DNA of 64,000 bases from the human T2T-CHM13v2.0 reference genome, Homo sapiens (GCF_009914755.1 NC_060930.1), one strand, 5' to 3'. Counted from the first letter of the stretch, positions 37,995-50,875 are shown. Numbers and translations: made by a program. Notes: generated by a model from the sequence alone, not told the origin.

Positions 37995-39397
37995 CTGAAA
38001 AAGACAAAATATCTCCATTGATGGTAACGAAAGTATCTAGGAAACTGCTCCTCTCTTTTAAGCTATATCCACTCAAAGCATAAAAACAAATAATCTAGTC
38101 TGACACCCTTATGGGCAACCATGGTAGGAGTTTGGAAGTCAATTCTTGTTGTGAGTCACCGAAGACCATTCCTAGACAGCTCTAACATCCAAAAACTATC
38201 ACTTCTGTTTGCCTAATAAGATACTACTTTCCAACTATTTCATGCTACATTTAGAAATGTGTAACTGTCATGACATTAGAGACTCATTATCCCTCTATGA
38301 CTACTGACTAAAATTGGCTGTGGATGGATGGTGAAAGGTTGGTATTTTAAAAATGCACTTATGGTAACAGAATGTTAACGAAAGTAAGGAGAAGAGGAAT
38401 GAGGTACAGGATCTGCAAAAAAGAAAGTCAAGAGGGAATGCTGGGAAATGGTAAGATAGTTGCAATCCAGGAGTAAGGTCTTTGCAACACCCTGGTAAGA
38501 ATAAACTCAGTCCATAAAACTCTACTACTTGGCACCTTCCAAGATGTTACTCTAGTGATCCTCAACACGCCTAGGGAAAAAAGAGACCTAAAATTGGTAA
38601 TTTCATGTCATAATGTGATAATTAAGTCCATAAGGAATTGTGATTAAAAAAAAAGTTTCTGATATGTATGTACACCATAAATATATCAAAGACCAGTGTA
38701 AAATAAGGGACATTTGAGGCCATATGCAAAGTAATGTGGGGCGCAAGATAAAACTGCATGTATGCTCAGCATTGACTCAAAACTACCAGGGTGACAGGAA
38801 GAAAAGAGGTGAGGCCCATTTCCTGAAAAGAAAGCAAAGGGACTACTGAACCCTCAATGTCATTCCCTAAATTCCCAATAGCTAAAGTCTAAGAAGTTAC
38901 ATCAGGGACAGATCCTCTGGCTATTACCTATACTGACCAAAACAAGTGTGCAGTATAAAAGGGAATGATAATTTACAACTTTCTTGACGCAAAGTAATAG
39001 GTTTGGGAGATGGGAAGTGGTCCAAGAGGAAAACCACCATTGCTCAGTCTTGATTCTTTAGCTTACATTGCTTTAGGAATAAAGGCCAAGCTTCAAGCAG
39101 AGGGTGCTGAGAATTCAACAAATGTAGCTGAATGACAATGGTCGCTCTCTGCTAAGCAGGCTGAGGCAGATGTATATTTCAAGGTAATTGTCCTGATTCA
39201 TTCAACTCAAGCTAGAAAATGGCTGTGCCTTAGTCTAAAGCCAGACAACTGGTTCACTGGTGGTTTTACAAAATTTTGACTTTTGTCCACCTTTAAATCT
39301 ATATTTTGGGTTAAGCTTTTAAGTTGTTTGTCTTTGGGTAAGATAGTAAACCCCACCAATCAATTAAATCTCCATTTAGGACCATGGATTTCCTTGC

Positions 39398-39510
39398 CTG
39401 GGCATGGAGAGGTCAGTGACTCCATTCTTCAGACAATGAGACTTCATTGCCTCTAAACTCTTCTGTAAGTTTTCATAAGTTGGCTTGTGCGAAGCCCTTT
39501 TCTTTGTAAT
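39398..39510 (-). CDS. OARD1: OARD1 coding exon ([37 protein letters not shown]); GC donor
   Basis: ttcag| acceptor; the frame closes with donor AG|gcaagg. Confidence 0.92.
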
Positions 39511-40632
39511 CTGAACACAAAGGATTCAAACTTTCATCATCCCAAAATGATAGCCAAAGAAAAGTCATCACATTCCCCCAACATCCCAATAATTAAAAGA
39601 GTAAGCACATTTTTATAGAATTAGTCTAGAGCAAGGATGACAAATGTCATATTGCCCTTTCCACACTGTTATGGGAGACCTTCAAGAAAATCCACTAAAT
39701 AGAGGCTGAGAAACCCAGACTCTGCCACGTAGCAATCTTTCCTTTTCCTAGGAAACCCATGAGATTAGCAGATGATGCCTATTGTCAATATTTTTAAGCA
39801 AGGTAGGTGAAGTCTCTGTGCCACTTCCAAGAGATAAGCTGCATATCTCTAACAGGGAAGAAAGCATACCACCTGAAAATTCCCTGCTAAAAGCCTCTAC
39901 TTATTTAGAAACTGTGCTTGCTTGCTTTTTGTCTCTCTACATAAAACAACAGAAAAAACTGGTAGGGTCCCAAAGTAAAACCACTGGAAGCCACATAAGC
40001 TTTAAGGACAGAATTCAAAGGGGCTAGGACATCTCCCCACTCAGTTTGTCATCCAGATCAGGCTTGTAGTGGGTTAGCTGTAAGCTACCCACCACCACCA
40101 CTAAGGAAGCCACACCCTTTCAGGGACCAAATGCCATCCTGGACTGTTGAAGAACCCCACATTCAGGCAGTAGTTAGGAGAGGAGCTAAGTATTATTTGG
40201 GACTGCACTTATTATTTTTTGTTTTTATTCACCCCCTTGCTATCAGTGTGCTATTTGACATGGAATAAGAGAAAAGCTCCTTTGGGAAATCTGTCTCTTG
40301 AGACATTATTGTTTTTATCTCACTCTGCCTAGGAAATATAGTATGGCAGGCATTCCTAACTTTTGCAAGTCTTAGAACAGGCCTATGGTACATGATACAC
40401 GACTTTCCCACAGAGCTGGGATGCAGCCTCACATTTCTTTCTAACCCAGTGCTCCAAGTAGCCGCCATCACTGGACTGGAGTTGTCATAAGATAGGAAGC
40501 TTTTTGACATTCTTAGTTGTCTAGAATAGAACATCATGATCAACACAAATGCAGTGCAGCCCATCTGTTCACAAATCCTTAAAATGTATTAAGAACTGGC
40601 CCTGAAAAAAAAAGGAATTGGCCCCATCTTAC

Positions 40633-40691
40633 CAAGTAATATATATATCGCCCATCTCTCTTCAGAACAGCCACTTCTCCAGATTTCTTTT
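40633..40691 (-). CDS. OARD1: OARD1 coding exon (QKKSGEVAVLKRDGRYIYYL)
   Basis: tttctcag| acceptor, |gtaaga donor; 59 nt; frame continuous. Confidence 0.93.
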
Positions 40692-41688
40692 CTGAGAAAA
40701 AGTTATTTAATAGTAGAAATGAAAAAGAAAACCAAACACTGATCTCTAAAGATTTTAAAATGTTTACAGATCTGAGTTTACCTCAGAACTAGAATTTTCA
40801 ACACTGAAGAAGGGAATAGGGAAGACCTATTGTCTCCCACAAACACTTTGCTTTTTATCAGCATTCCCAAATACTATATTCCTTAACTTAACAGCTTTCT
40901 TACAGTCATGTTTCCTCACAACCCATCTTTTGTACCACTACTACTTTTAAATATATCCTCATTTGTCCACAAACTTTCTCTATTGCCTTGAAATTGTTTT
41001 ATAGTGTGTAGTTTTTTACTTGCCAAATGTGTATTTACTCAATAATTATCTTTTTACATACAAAGAGCTGTATAAGGCATTATGAGGAATACAGATATAT
41101 AAAAAAGGAATTAATTATTACAGAGTTTTCAATCCAGAGAAGATATCATCATTCCAAATAACTATAATACAAAGCAGTAAGAATTGCTTTTGTCTAAGGC
41201 TAAGAATCACTGTGGACACTGATGCTGTTAAGCCTGGAATGTGGTCGGAGAAACTGTTGCAGAAGCTTTACATAGGATTCTAGTGCACATTTCTGGTTTA
41301 AAGTGGCCCGTAGAAAGTGATGGGAGGGGTCTGTAAGGAAGAAGAGGTTTCTAAATTCCTCTTTGAAGAGAAAGCAGAATATTGGTAAGTAAAGGATCTT
41401 GAATGCCAACCTATAGACTAAGCATCTCAGAGTTATTTCAAGTTTCAGAGAAGTACAGTAATATCGTCAAGAAAGTTTCATGATACAAGAGGAAGAGATT
41501 AAAAACCTTCACAGGAGTTGGGTTTTGATATGGTAAACGTCTAAACTAGAGGCCATTCTTGGGGAGGAAAATCTTAAAAACATTTGGTTCTTAGGAATCC
41601 CCTCTTTACACGCATATTTTATTAAAGTGTAACAGATTAAAAGGTGCTCTAGCCAGGGCAAACCAGGTAAGTGGTTTCCAAAACTCAC

Positions 41689-41833
41689 GTTGATTTAAAA
41701 GTTCTTGCACCCCTCCAAATTTCTTCTTAAAGAGGACAGCTATCCCAGCGCCCATGCGACAATCCTCACTGATACAGTGGGCTAAAGAGTCTGTTTTCGG
41801 GCATGCAAAAAGGTCTCCTTTCACATAAGTGAT
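41689..41833 (-). CDS. OARD1: OARD1 coding exon ([48 protein letters not shown])
   Basis: Macrodomain GDL and MGAGIA motifs in ORF 41606..41824; |gtgagt donor. Confidence 0.95.
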
Positions 41834-42152
41834 CTAAAAAATGTGCAAAGGAAAAGACAATGTTTTATTAGATACAGTAAAATACTAAGCTATTTTTCTG
41901 TATTTTGTGTCCCCCACAACTACCTCTCCCGGCACCCCTTCCTCCAATCTGATTTAAAGCCAAACCAATTACAGCATGTGTAAAAGGAAAGTAATGGATG
42001 ATCCCTGCCTAGAATTTTGAGCCTTTTTAAAGTAAATCAGCTAGAGAGAAAAAAAGATAATGCAATCATTAATTTAATTAAAAAGTGTTTATGCTTTTGA
42101 CCTCCATTATTACGAATTTCAGTTCACCAATAAGTCAATAGTTGTTACGCAC

Positions 42153-42191
42153 TCTGCTTCCTTCTGGATCTTCATTAAGGCTGCTGGCCAT
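42153..42191 (-). CDS. OARD1: OARD1 first coding exon (MASSLNEDPEGSR); exon starts 42232
   Basis: atcATGG start; donor |gtgcgt; acceptor ttcccttctcatag|. Confidence 0.92.
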
Positions 42192-42699
42192 GATACTGAG
42201 TCGCTATTTCCAGAATTTAAGTGTTTCTTCAGCTATGAGAAGGGAAAAGGAAGTAAAAATGCTTAGGCAGCCTTAGTATATAATATTCTGATTGCCCTGT
42301 ACAACCACTTAATAGGCTTTTTTCCCCAACGTTTATCGATGAATGTGAGTTTGTTCGGCCCCTGGGACGTAATACAAAACCCTTCTGGGGCAAAGAGGAA
42401 GAACGCTTAGGTTCGGAGGCTGTCTCGACCCGCTCTCATTTCGTGCTTTCCTGGAGCGCCCCGCTCCGTCAGCGGAAGCAAAGCCCATCCCTAAGACACG
42501 CCTCCTCCTTTCTCCAGGGCCACTCCGGAGCAAGGCCGATTTAGGACGGTCTCCTTTTCTCTGCACGACGCAAAAGTATTTCCCCAGTGGGTCTGGCTTA
42601 GAAGAAAACAGAAGGGACTTGGCCACAGTCCCGTTAAGCCGCAACCACAGAGTGTACAGGGTACTGGCGTGCTGAGCCCCAGGCGTGGGGAAAGGAAGG

Positions 42700-44580
42700 C
42701 GGCCTCTCAAGGAACGTTCACCCCCCACTTTTTTGGGGGGTGCGTGGGAGAAGGAAAGAGTCTATTGAAGCCTCCCATTCTCTGTCTCCTACCCTAGGGC
42801 GGGTCAGCGAGGACGCAGTCTGTCCTGGGGTCCTATGGGAGGGTGCGGGGAGGCTCGCTCAAAGCCCCAACGTACCCAAGTCACCCTTCACCTGGAAAGG
42901 AGTCGGTTGTTTGGAGGTCCCCGCCCCGCGGGGAAGGGCTCCGGATCCGACCCTGGTAGGTGGGGAGCAGCGGACCAGCCCAAACGCGGAGCCAATCCCG
43001 CCAAAGCCCTTAATTGCACGCATCTAAGATGGCCGCCCCCGCCCGGTAGCGGGGCGGAAACGAGCCCCTCTAGCTTGCTAGCCGAGCCCACACTCTTTGG
43101 CGAAGGCCGCCGAACTTCCGGCAGTAAATTCCGTGGTTTCCCGCCGCCGCCCGCGCATGCGTAACGAAACTGCCCCACGAGTCGGGAAAAGTGGCGCTTG
43201 CGCATTAGCCGCAGGGGTGTGTCCTAGTGGCCACTTGGAAAGGGGTGGGCAGCTGGCAAAGGGGCTAGTTAGCGCCTGCGTAGTACTAAGCTCAAGGCAG
43301 CGTTTTGAGTTGAAGGGTCTGGCGCGTCTGGAAAGCGCCTGCGTATTCCTTTCACTGGGGGTGGTGTCAAAGCGGGAAGGTGGGCGTGGCTTCAGGGAAC
43401 GCCTGCGCGTTGCTCCTCCGAAGGGGTGGGGCGATCCCTGAACTGGAGTTAGTGGGCGTGGCCTCAGAGGCGCCTGCGCGGAGGCGGTTGGAGGGAGGCC
43501 CGATTCCCCTTTGTTCGGGTTCGCCATTTTGCTAGGCAGCGGCAGTGGCGGCGGCAGCGGCGGCTGGAGCCTCTGATTGGGTTTCGGAGTCCGGTACTGG
43601 AGCCAATCAGCGCGGGCAGCGAACCGGGGGAGCGAGGCACGGTGAGTGTGAGGAGCCAATATCCAGCGGCCCAGAGCCGGCCCCAGCGCCCCGATTGGCG
43701 GGTCTCGCTGACCACTCAGGAGAGGCCCAGGCGCCCGTCGAGCCCGGGGAGTCGAGCTGAGCCTAGCCGAGCCGGGCGGCCAGCGGCCCCGGCCCGGGGC
43801 CTGCGAGCGCCTCGGGGCACTCCCGGCCGAGGCCTGCAGGGGCCGCCCCGCGCGGGGATGGCGCCTCGGGGAGCAGGCACCTCGGGGCTCCGACCCTCGC
43901 AGGGTGCCAGGGCCAGTTGGGAATGCGTCCCTGTTCCCCGACTCAGGCCCAGGTTCTCAGGCCCCAGGCCTGGGGCCACGAATGGCCCTACACTAGGGGA
44001 CACATGCGCGCCCTGGGCCTCGGCGATTTCCTCCTGGTCGTTCTGGCCGCAAACTTAAACCTGCCCTTGCACTCTCCACTCTCCGGCCCTTGGGACAGGA
44101 AGCCTCCCCGGGGCCCGCGCCCCCCGCTCCCCGCTCCCAGCGAGCCGGGTCTGTCTTATCTGCAGCCCCTCTAGGTCGGGAGGGAGGCCTGGGGAGGGTG
44201 CGCGCCGCGGCCGCGGGGTCCCGTGTGCGGCTGGCAACGGGGCTGGCCCGCCCACGCCTCGGAGCCCTATGGGCCCGCCCCCGCTGTCTCCCTGGTGGGG
44301 AGAGGGGGCCGTTAGTTCGCCCACTCCCCCTGCTCCGCCGCGCCCCTCCTCCCAGCCCGCTCCGCCCGGGTCTCCGGCCCGGCGCCGTTACCACCCCTTT
44401 TGGCTCGTCATTTCCTCTCTTCCCCGCCCCGTTCGCAGTGGCAGGACCGCACACCTCCGTCTTGGAGCCCAACCAAGCGGTCTCCGTTTCTTGTCCGGGC
44501 TGTAAGACCAGTCCATTCGGTGCCTGGAACCTCACTCTTAGAAGATTGATACCCTTGCGCATTCTTTCCGGAGGCTGCAC
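42700..44580. promoter_or_regulatory. CpG island; OARD1-NFYA bidirectional promoter
   Basis: Very high GC and CpG density; ETS/GABP ACTTCCGG 43114-43121; NRF1 GCGCATGCG 43153-43161; YY1 motifs at 43026 and 43522; several CCAAT boxes. Confidence 0.9.
43530..43641 (+). other. NFYA: NFYA non-coding exon 1 (5' end approximate)
   Basis: Donor ACG|gtgagt at 43642; YY1/Inr-like CGCCATTTT at 43522-43530. Confidence 0.7.
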
Positions 44581-45743
44581 AACTTGCTGTTCATATTACT
44601 AATCTTATCCACTGCTCATTTTGTGAAATCTCCCTCCCTTGGGAATATAGTACAGTTTTGGGGGTTTTTTTTCCCTTTGTTTTTGCCTTCGCCTTTCTAT
44701 GTTACTTTGTGTCAGGCTTGACCCAGTCCACTCATCTCTTGGTTTATGTTTTTCTGATACACTTTCAAGTCCTGTGTTAACGTTTTCTCAGCAGATGTTT
44801 AGAAACTAACAGTGTTGTGGGGTTTTCCTTAGGGTGAGAGGTTGCTGTTGGCAACCAATTATCCAGCAGTTAGTATATGCCAGGTATAATCCGTGTGTTA
44901 GGGAGGGAGTACGTAGAGGTCAATAAGAACTGTGCCTACCTGATGGAAATTGACAGGTGAACAGGTAGTTAATACCTAACGGTTAGTGCTATAAAGGGGC
45001 CAAGTTCAGTTGCTGTGAAGTATCCATGCGTGAGCTAGCCTCCGTGAAAGGCTTATCACCACCGCACTTTTGACTGGCCTTGAAGAATGATGGTAATTCT
45101 TCCACAGGAAAGATGGAAGAGCTTGCTCGAAGAGAAGAAAAGCATGTGCAGAGGAATCAAATTACACTGTTGGAGGCAGGAAGATGGGATAGGGAAGTGG
45201 GCAGTAGTTGTGATAGTTTAGGGGGGAAAGCCCAGTTGGTAAAATACTTGTATATCTTGCTAAGGAATATTTTGGAAACAGTTATTATTTTGTATGGAGG
45301 TTCAAGTAGAAGGGATCTAGAGCTATATTTTTTCCTAAGATTGAAAAAACGAGTTTCTGACTTGTTTATGGGTTCTGCCCCGTGATAGTGGCTGAGTTCT
45401 TTGGGGATGAAGAGGAGACTTGTCCTAGGACTCTGAAAATTATTTTTACTCATGTGAATCATCTAGTGCATTCCCTGGCACATAAAGGTCTTAAGTATCT
45501 GGTGCCCATTTCTAAATTCACATTTAATGTTATACAACTAATAGGTTTCAGAAAACTCGTATTCCAGTGCTCTTTCATTACTAAAACTTCGGGGACAGGT
45601 TTTATTTTCACTTTTTAGGGTGAGTTTTTCATTGTTGCTTAAGTGATTTTCTTAATTCATTTGATTGTCACGTTATCCGCATTAGCAGATGAGATGATAG
45701 AGCTTAAGTAGTCTAAAAAACATGTATATTTGCCTTTGGAACG

Positions 45744-45907
45744 TTTTTTTGTTTGTTTTTGGATACAGGGCTTTCCTCTGTCATCCAGGCTGGAGTACAG
45801 TGGCGCAATCGTAGCTCACTAACCTGGAACTCCTGGGCTCAAGCCATCCTCCCTTCTTGTTCTCCCAAAACGTTGGGATTACAGGCATGAGCCACTGCGT
45901 CCTGACC
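45744..45907 (-). mobile_element. Alu monomer/fragment
   Basis: Reverse Alu consensus with internal deletion. Confidence 0.8.
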
Positions 45908-46681
45908 TGAAATAGATGTTTTAACCTTAGTATTTAAAAATAGGTATGTTCTGGTCACTTCAAAAACACTAAATACTTTTGCTTGGCATCTTTCTAAAAG
46001 GCATTATAATCTGGTAACTTTTTTGCTAAATACCTTACAAGCTTCCACCAGTCTGCAGAAGAATTTCTTTGTCTGACATTTTGAGAGAAAGTAGTGTGGC
46101 CCCAAGCTTTTTTTCCTGTTTAGTCCACTGTTCACATGCTGAAATATTTCTGTTCTTGTTTTTATGCTCTCTTGATTTGTAGTACTTCACCTTCCTCCAC
46201 ATCATCACATAGCTAAATCTTTCTCACACTTAAGACCAGTTCATCCTGCAGGCCTCTGATAGCAAAGAAAAAAAAAGTTCAAGTAGTACCTTTTTTTTTT
46301 TTAAGCCTTGTTGATTTATCCCCAGCTGGAACAAATCTCTGTCCTCCAAATTCCCATATCACTTTATCTCTTAGGATTCCAGTATAGGTTTTTAGTCCAT
46401 TACTAAACTTAAAGACTCTTTGAAGTTTGAATCTTCGTCAGAGATTTCTTTTTATTTTTAAAACCTTCAGAACAGTGTCTGGCACATGGTACATAATTAG
46501 TGGAGAGAAGTGCATTAGAAAGCTCCAATCCAGAAATCTGTAGGATGATGGGGAAGCTGGACAGCCCTTTGTTGTAGTCTAGTCTTTCATCAAGCGTCTA
46601 TCAGGACCCACTTGTTGAGTTGTGAAAGAAATTGAGTGAGCCAATGCTGGGAATTTTTAAATAATAGAATAGAAAATATCT

Positions 46682-46815
46682 GCCAGGCATGATGATGGCT
46701 CACGACTGTAATCCCAGCACTTTGGGAAGCCGAAGTGGGAGAATCCTTTGAGCTCAGGAGTTTGAGACCAGCCTGGGTAGCATAGGGAGACCCCCTCTCT
46801 TAAAAGAAAAAAAAG
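46682..46815 (+). mobile_element. FLAM/Alu left monomer, within a Charlie4-like remnant (~46580-46975)
   Basis: Monomer with A tail; host element assignment from memory. Confidence 0.78.
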
Positions 46816-49647
46816 AATAGAAAATACCAAAGTGCATCTTGTGTTGTATAAAGGTAAATGCTGTTTCATGAAACTTTCATTTCAGTTACATGCTTTATAC
46901 ATGTGTGCACTGAGTTGTGATAATGAAATGTGTTTCTTACTAAGGGTTGTGGTCAAAAAAGTTAAAAAGCTACTGTTCTAGGCTTTGCCTGGTAGTGATT
47001 ATCAACTGTGATAATCCTATGGCTTTTCATATGCTTACACTAGTTGAGTTTCTGAAGAGGTTTTAGCTTTGGAGTTTGTGTAGGTCCACATAGAATGGGT
47101 TCCTAGTAAGTGGTTGGCTAAGTCTCAGCTTTTGCACCTTGGAATAGTGGGGCAAAGAGAATTGCACTGAGAAGAGAATGCACTAGGAAGAGAATTTTCA
47201 TGCTAGCCAGAATAAACACTTATTATTTGTTTCTCTCTCTTTGAGGAAAAACCATTCAAAACTTTGTGTTAAGAGCAAGAGCTAGACAGACTAAATCTGG
47301 CTTAGTTTGTCATAATCTTGGGCAAAGAGGCACTTTGGGAAAGACTATCGAATTGTATTGCAGTCTTGCTAACTGAAGCTCACAGTAGTAGGAACATATG
47401 ACTTTACTGAAGCCAGTTGCTTATAGCATTAACCATTAACAGTATCAATATCATGATACAGGCTAAATCACTCTGTCATTAATGTGAGAGAGAATTGCTG
47501 CTAGATTTGAAGCTGCTCTTCAAATCTTGATACTCTTCAAAGTATAAATTTAAATATTGCTAAATTGGTTCATTTGTATTACCAGAATAAACTAGTTAAG
47601 AAGAAAATCTGTACGTTACATATATTAGTCATTATGTGCTTCAAGTTATATTTAGTCTTGTAAAGATGTAAACTTCTGGATATTAGTCAAGGAAAAAATC
47701 TCATATAAGAAGGAAATTTGGAGTTGGGGAGGCGTTGAAACCTAAAAGACATTCCTTTCATGATCCTTATTTTTTAAAATCAATTTATTGAGAGATACTT
47801 TAGAAACAAAGTATAATAATTTTAAATGTGTATTTTGATGAGTTTTGACAAATTTGTACACCTGTGCAACTGCTACCACAATGAAGATATAAAACATTTT
47901 CATCACCCTACAATGTTCCTAAGGCTCCATGCCAGTCAACCTCCCTCTTTCCTGTCTCCCTGTATTCTCCACTCCCAAGGAACCACTGATCCATTTTCTG
48001 TCTCTAGATTACTGATGTCTTTTGGAGATTTTATATAAATGGAATCATATATATTCGTTTACATCATAACCTTAATTTTATTAGTTTATAGCCATAAATG
48101 TATTGTGTATTAGAGACAAGATAGAATTTAGGGAAGCCTGTTAGTGCCCCTAACAGACTCACAGTCTGGCTGAAAACCTGATTTTCTATTCTATACCCAG
48201 AATCTCTGAGGAGCAGACTTAGTCAACCAATTCCAAAGAGACTGGTGTAAAAATCAGAAAACCGGTTTGTCATGTTGCTGATTATATTTGCTCCCTGTTG
48301 GCCAATCTATATGTAAATCCAAATTATAGCTAGAAATTTACCTAGCGAGCATTCCATTAGATCAAGGGCAGTGCTTTGGAGAACCATATGGCCACAAGTC
48401 CTCTTGCTGTGATGACATAGCCTGTTATTTATGGCTCATAGATTCTTATGTTGTATCCATTTTGGTTATGAGTAATGGGGTTGATTAATTTTTATTTTGA
48501 TTAAATTTTGTTATATTTTTCCTAACATTCCAACATTCATTTGGGAAATAAGAATTTCTCAAAATTCTTATTCTAGAAATAAGAATTTTCAAGTGTGCAG
48601 TGAAATCAAAGGAATTTGAAAATAAACACCTGTATACCTGCCAGTTAGGGTCTATTAACATCTTACTATAATTGCCTTACCAGATATTTCTCCACCCATT
48701 CATCCATTTTTTGATGCATTTCAAAGTAAATTTTAGATATCAATACACTTCTTTCTAAGTACTTGGACATATAGTTGCACATATTTTGGTTTCTTCTTTC
48801 ACACTGTATTGAGACACCTTGCAAATGATTAATTCCACCAGCATGTGTGGATTTATGGAGAGTGGTACTGTACTTTGCCACGATAATGAGCAGCTCAGTT
48901 AGGTCACGTCATTTTATTATTCAGATGTTGGAATTTATGAGGGCCTAGTGAAAAATCAGAGAGAAAGACCTATCTACATTTTTGTTTATATATCTGTCCT
49001 CCCTCCCATATTTCCAAGATGAATTGCCGATTGCTAACTTATATCATTTTAATTTTTTAATGAAGTCTTTATTAAAGGTTCTCAGATATCATTCAGTTTA
49101 TCTAATTGTATCCTTATTTTTAAAAGTGGATCTTCAACTCTTAAAGTCTATGAGAAGGGTAAATTTTGCCTACCATATGTAGTGGACCTGAGTAACATGT
49201 TTGGTGGGAAGCAATTACGTGTTACAACTTAAAGAAGCTTTATTCTCTAAAGTATATGTGCAAACCTGAAAATCAGTGTTAGGTATGCCTTGTATCAAAG
49301 TGATGTAGCTTAACGAGTATCTCTTAGGTGCAAGTATTGCTCTGACAGTATTGAAAGGTAAGGTTGCCAGTATACTGAAAGCATTTTAGAAACGTGAAAA
49401 TAGCATTATGTTGTTATGATTGTGCCATGTAATCCCAGTTAAAAATGATACTGAATATAAGCATTTCCTATTCTCCTATCCTGTTTTCTTGCAAATAAAG
49501 TACAGTGATAAATTATCCAGGTTAATTGTCTGGTAAGGCCTTTATTGACAATCTCACTTTAGTTTCTTTCCCCACCTTTCTAACAGGAGTGTACCTCACA
49601 GCCTTCTAGGATCTCCAGAGTGGACAGGAATCTCACTTGGAGGGACC

Positions 49648-49722
49648 ATGGAGCAGTATACAGCAAACAGCAATAGTTCGACAGAGCAGATTGTTGTCCA
49701 GGCAGGACAGATTCAGCAGCAG
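49648..49722 (+). CDS. NFYA: NFYA exon 2 CDS (MEQYTANSNSSTEQIVVQAGQIQQQ); exon starts 49587
   Basis: accATGG Kozak; ctaacag| acceptor; |gtatgg donor. Confidence 0.95.
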
Positions 49723-50726
49723 GTATGGAAGCAAAACTGCTTTAAACATTACAGCAATGAAACTGATAACAGCACCACTCAATTGGTTGGTCTATTGCCC
49801 TGGGGAATTATTTGAAAGATACCAGATCTTGTGAGATATTGGGTCTGATGGCTTGTGCTGAAATGCCATGTCTAGCCCATGACCACTTAGAATCTACTCT
49901 TCATGGGTGCCTGGTTATAGTAAATTGCCTCTTTTATCTCATTTTAAGTAAAAACATCTAGTCTGGTTTTCAGATGGAAATTTGGACTTTAAAATTTTTC
50001 TGGATTCTATTTGGTCTTTTTCTCTTCTTGTTTGAGCTAACTTGTGATTTAGTAAGTCTTTGGCCACAACAGACAAACCAACATAGCTTCCAATAAATCT
50101 TCTGTTTTTTGATTTGGTCTGCCACATTTTTTATTCAGAAAAGCTCTGGTTTAACATTAGGATAATATTTAGACAGCCATTCTTATGGATAAGACATACT
50201 AGAAAGGAATTCCCTGCTGCTGGTTTATTCCTAATTAATAGATTGCTTTCTTGAATTTATACACAGGTTACATTTTCTGATGCTTTATGCTTGGGTTTAT
50301 TATAGTAAAATTTCACTTTTTTCCCCACCCCAGAAGAAAAAAATGTATTATGTTTCTATTTGACCTTAGGCCAAGATTGATATTTTGGAAATACTTTGTT
50401 TTCAAAATGGAATTTAGCTAATATAGAAAAGTAGTAGGGAAGGGAAAGGTAGTATTGATGATGAGTTTTTCCCGTCTAATGATCAAAGACGAACTCCCCT
50501 GATAGCTTTCCCTTCCATACAGCTGCTGTGGCTCTGGCAGTTTCCTTCAACTGCCTTTTTAGAGGAAGGGATTCCACAAAGGGCCCTCCATTCACACCAG
50601 TGCCCTGGAGGGTGGGTTTTTATTCTTTCAGAATTTGCCATTAGTGGATGTAAAAATAAGGTTGAATCATTGAAAACATGGCTCTTAAAGCAGTCCAGTT
50701 GGGTAGAAATAATCTTAGTTTTGAAG

Positions 50727-50875
50727 CTGGGCATGGTGCTGCATGCCTGTAATCCCAGCTACTCTGGAGGCTGAGACAGGAAGGTTGGCTTAAGCCCAGG
50801 AATTCAAGACCAGCCTGGGCAAAACAGCAAGACCCCATCTCAAAATAAGTACATAAATAAAGTTTAAAAAAAAAA
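50727..50875 (+). mobile_element. FLAM/Alu monomer
   Basis: Monomer with A tail; TSD AATCTTAGTTTTG. Confidence 0.82.

Noticed and set aside
42793-43030. Exact OARD1 exon 1 (candidate donors at 42792 and ~42891); likewise TSPO2 exon 1 (~13040-13415)
   Set aside because: Several plausible donors; cannot choose without transcript data
42740-44602. Many long overlapping ORFs (up to 195 aa) on both strands
   Set aside because: Expected from stop-codon scarcity in a GC-rich CpG island; Pro/Arg/Gly-rich with no recognisable domain
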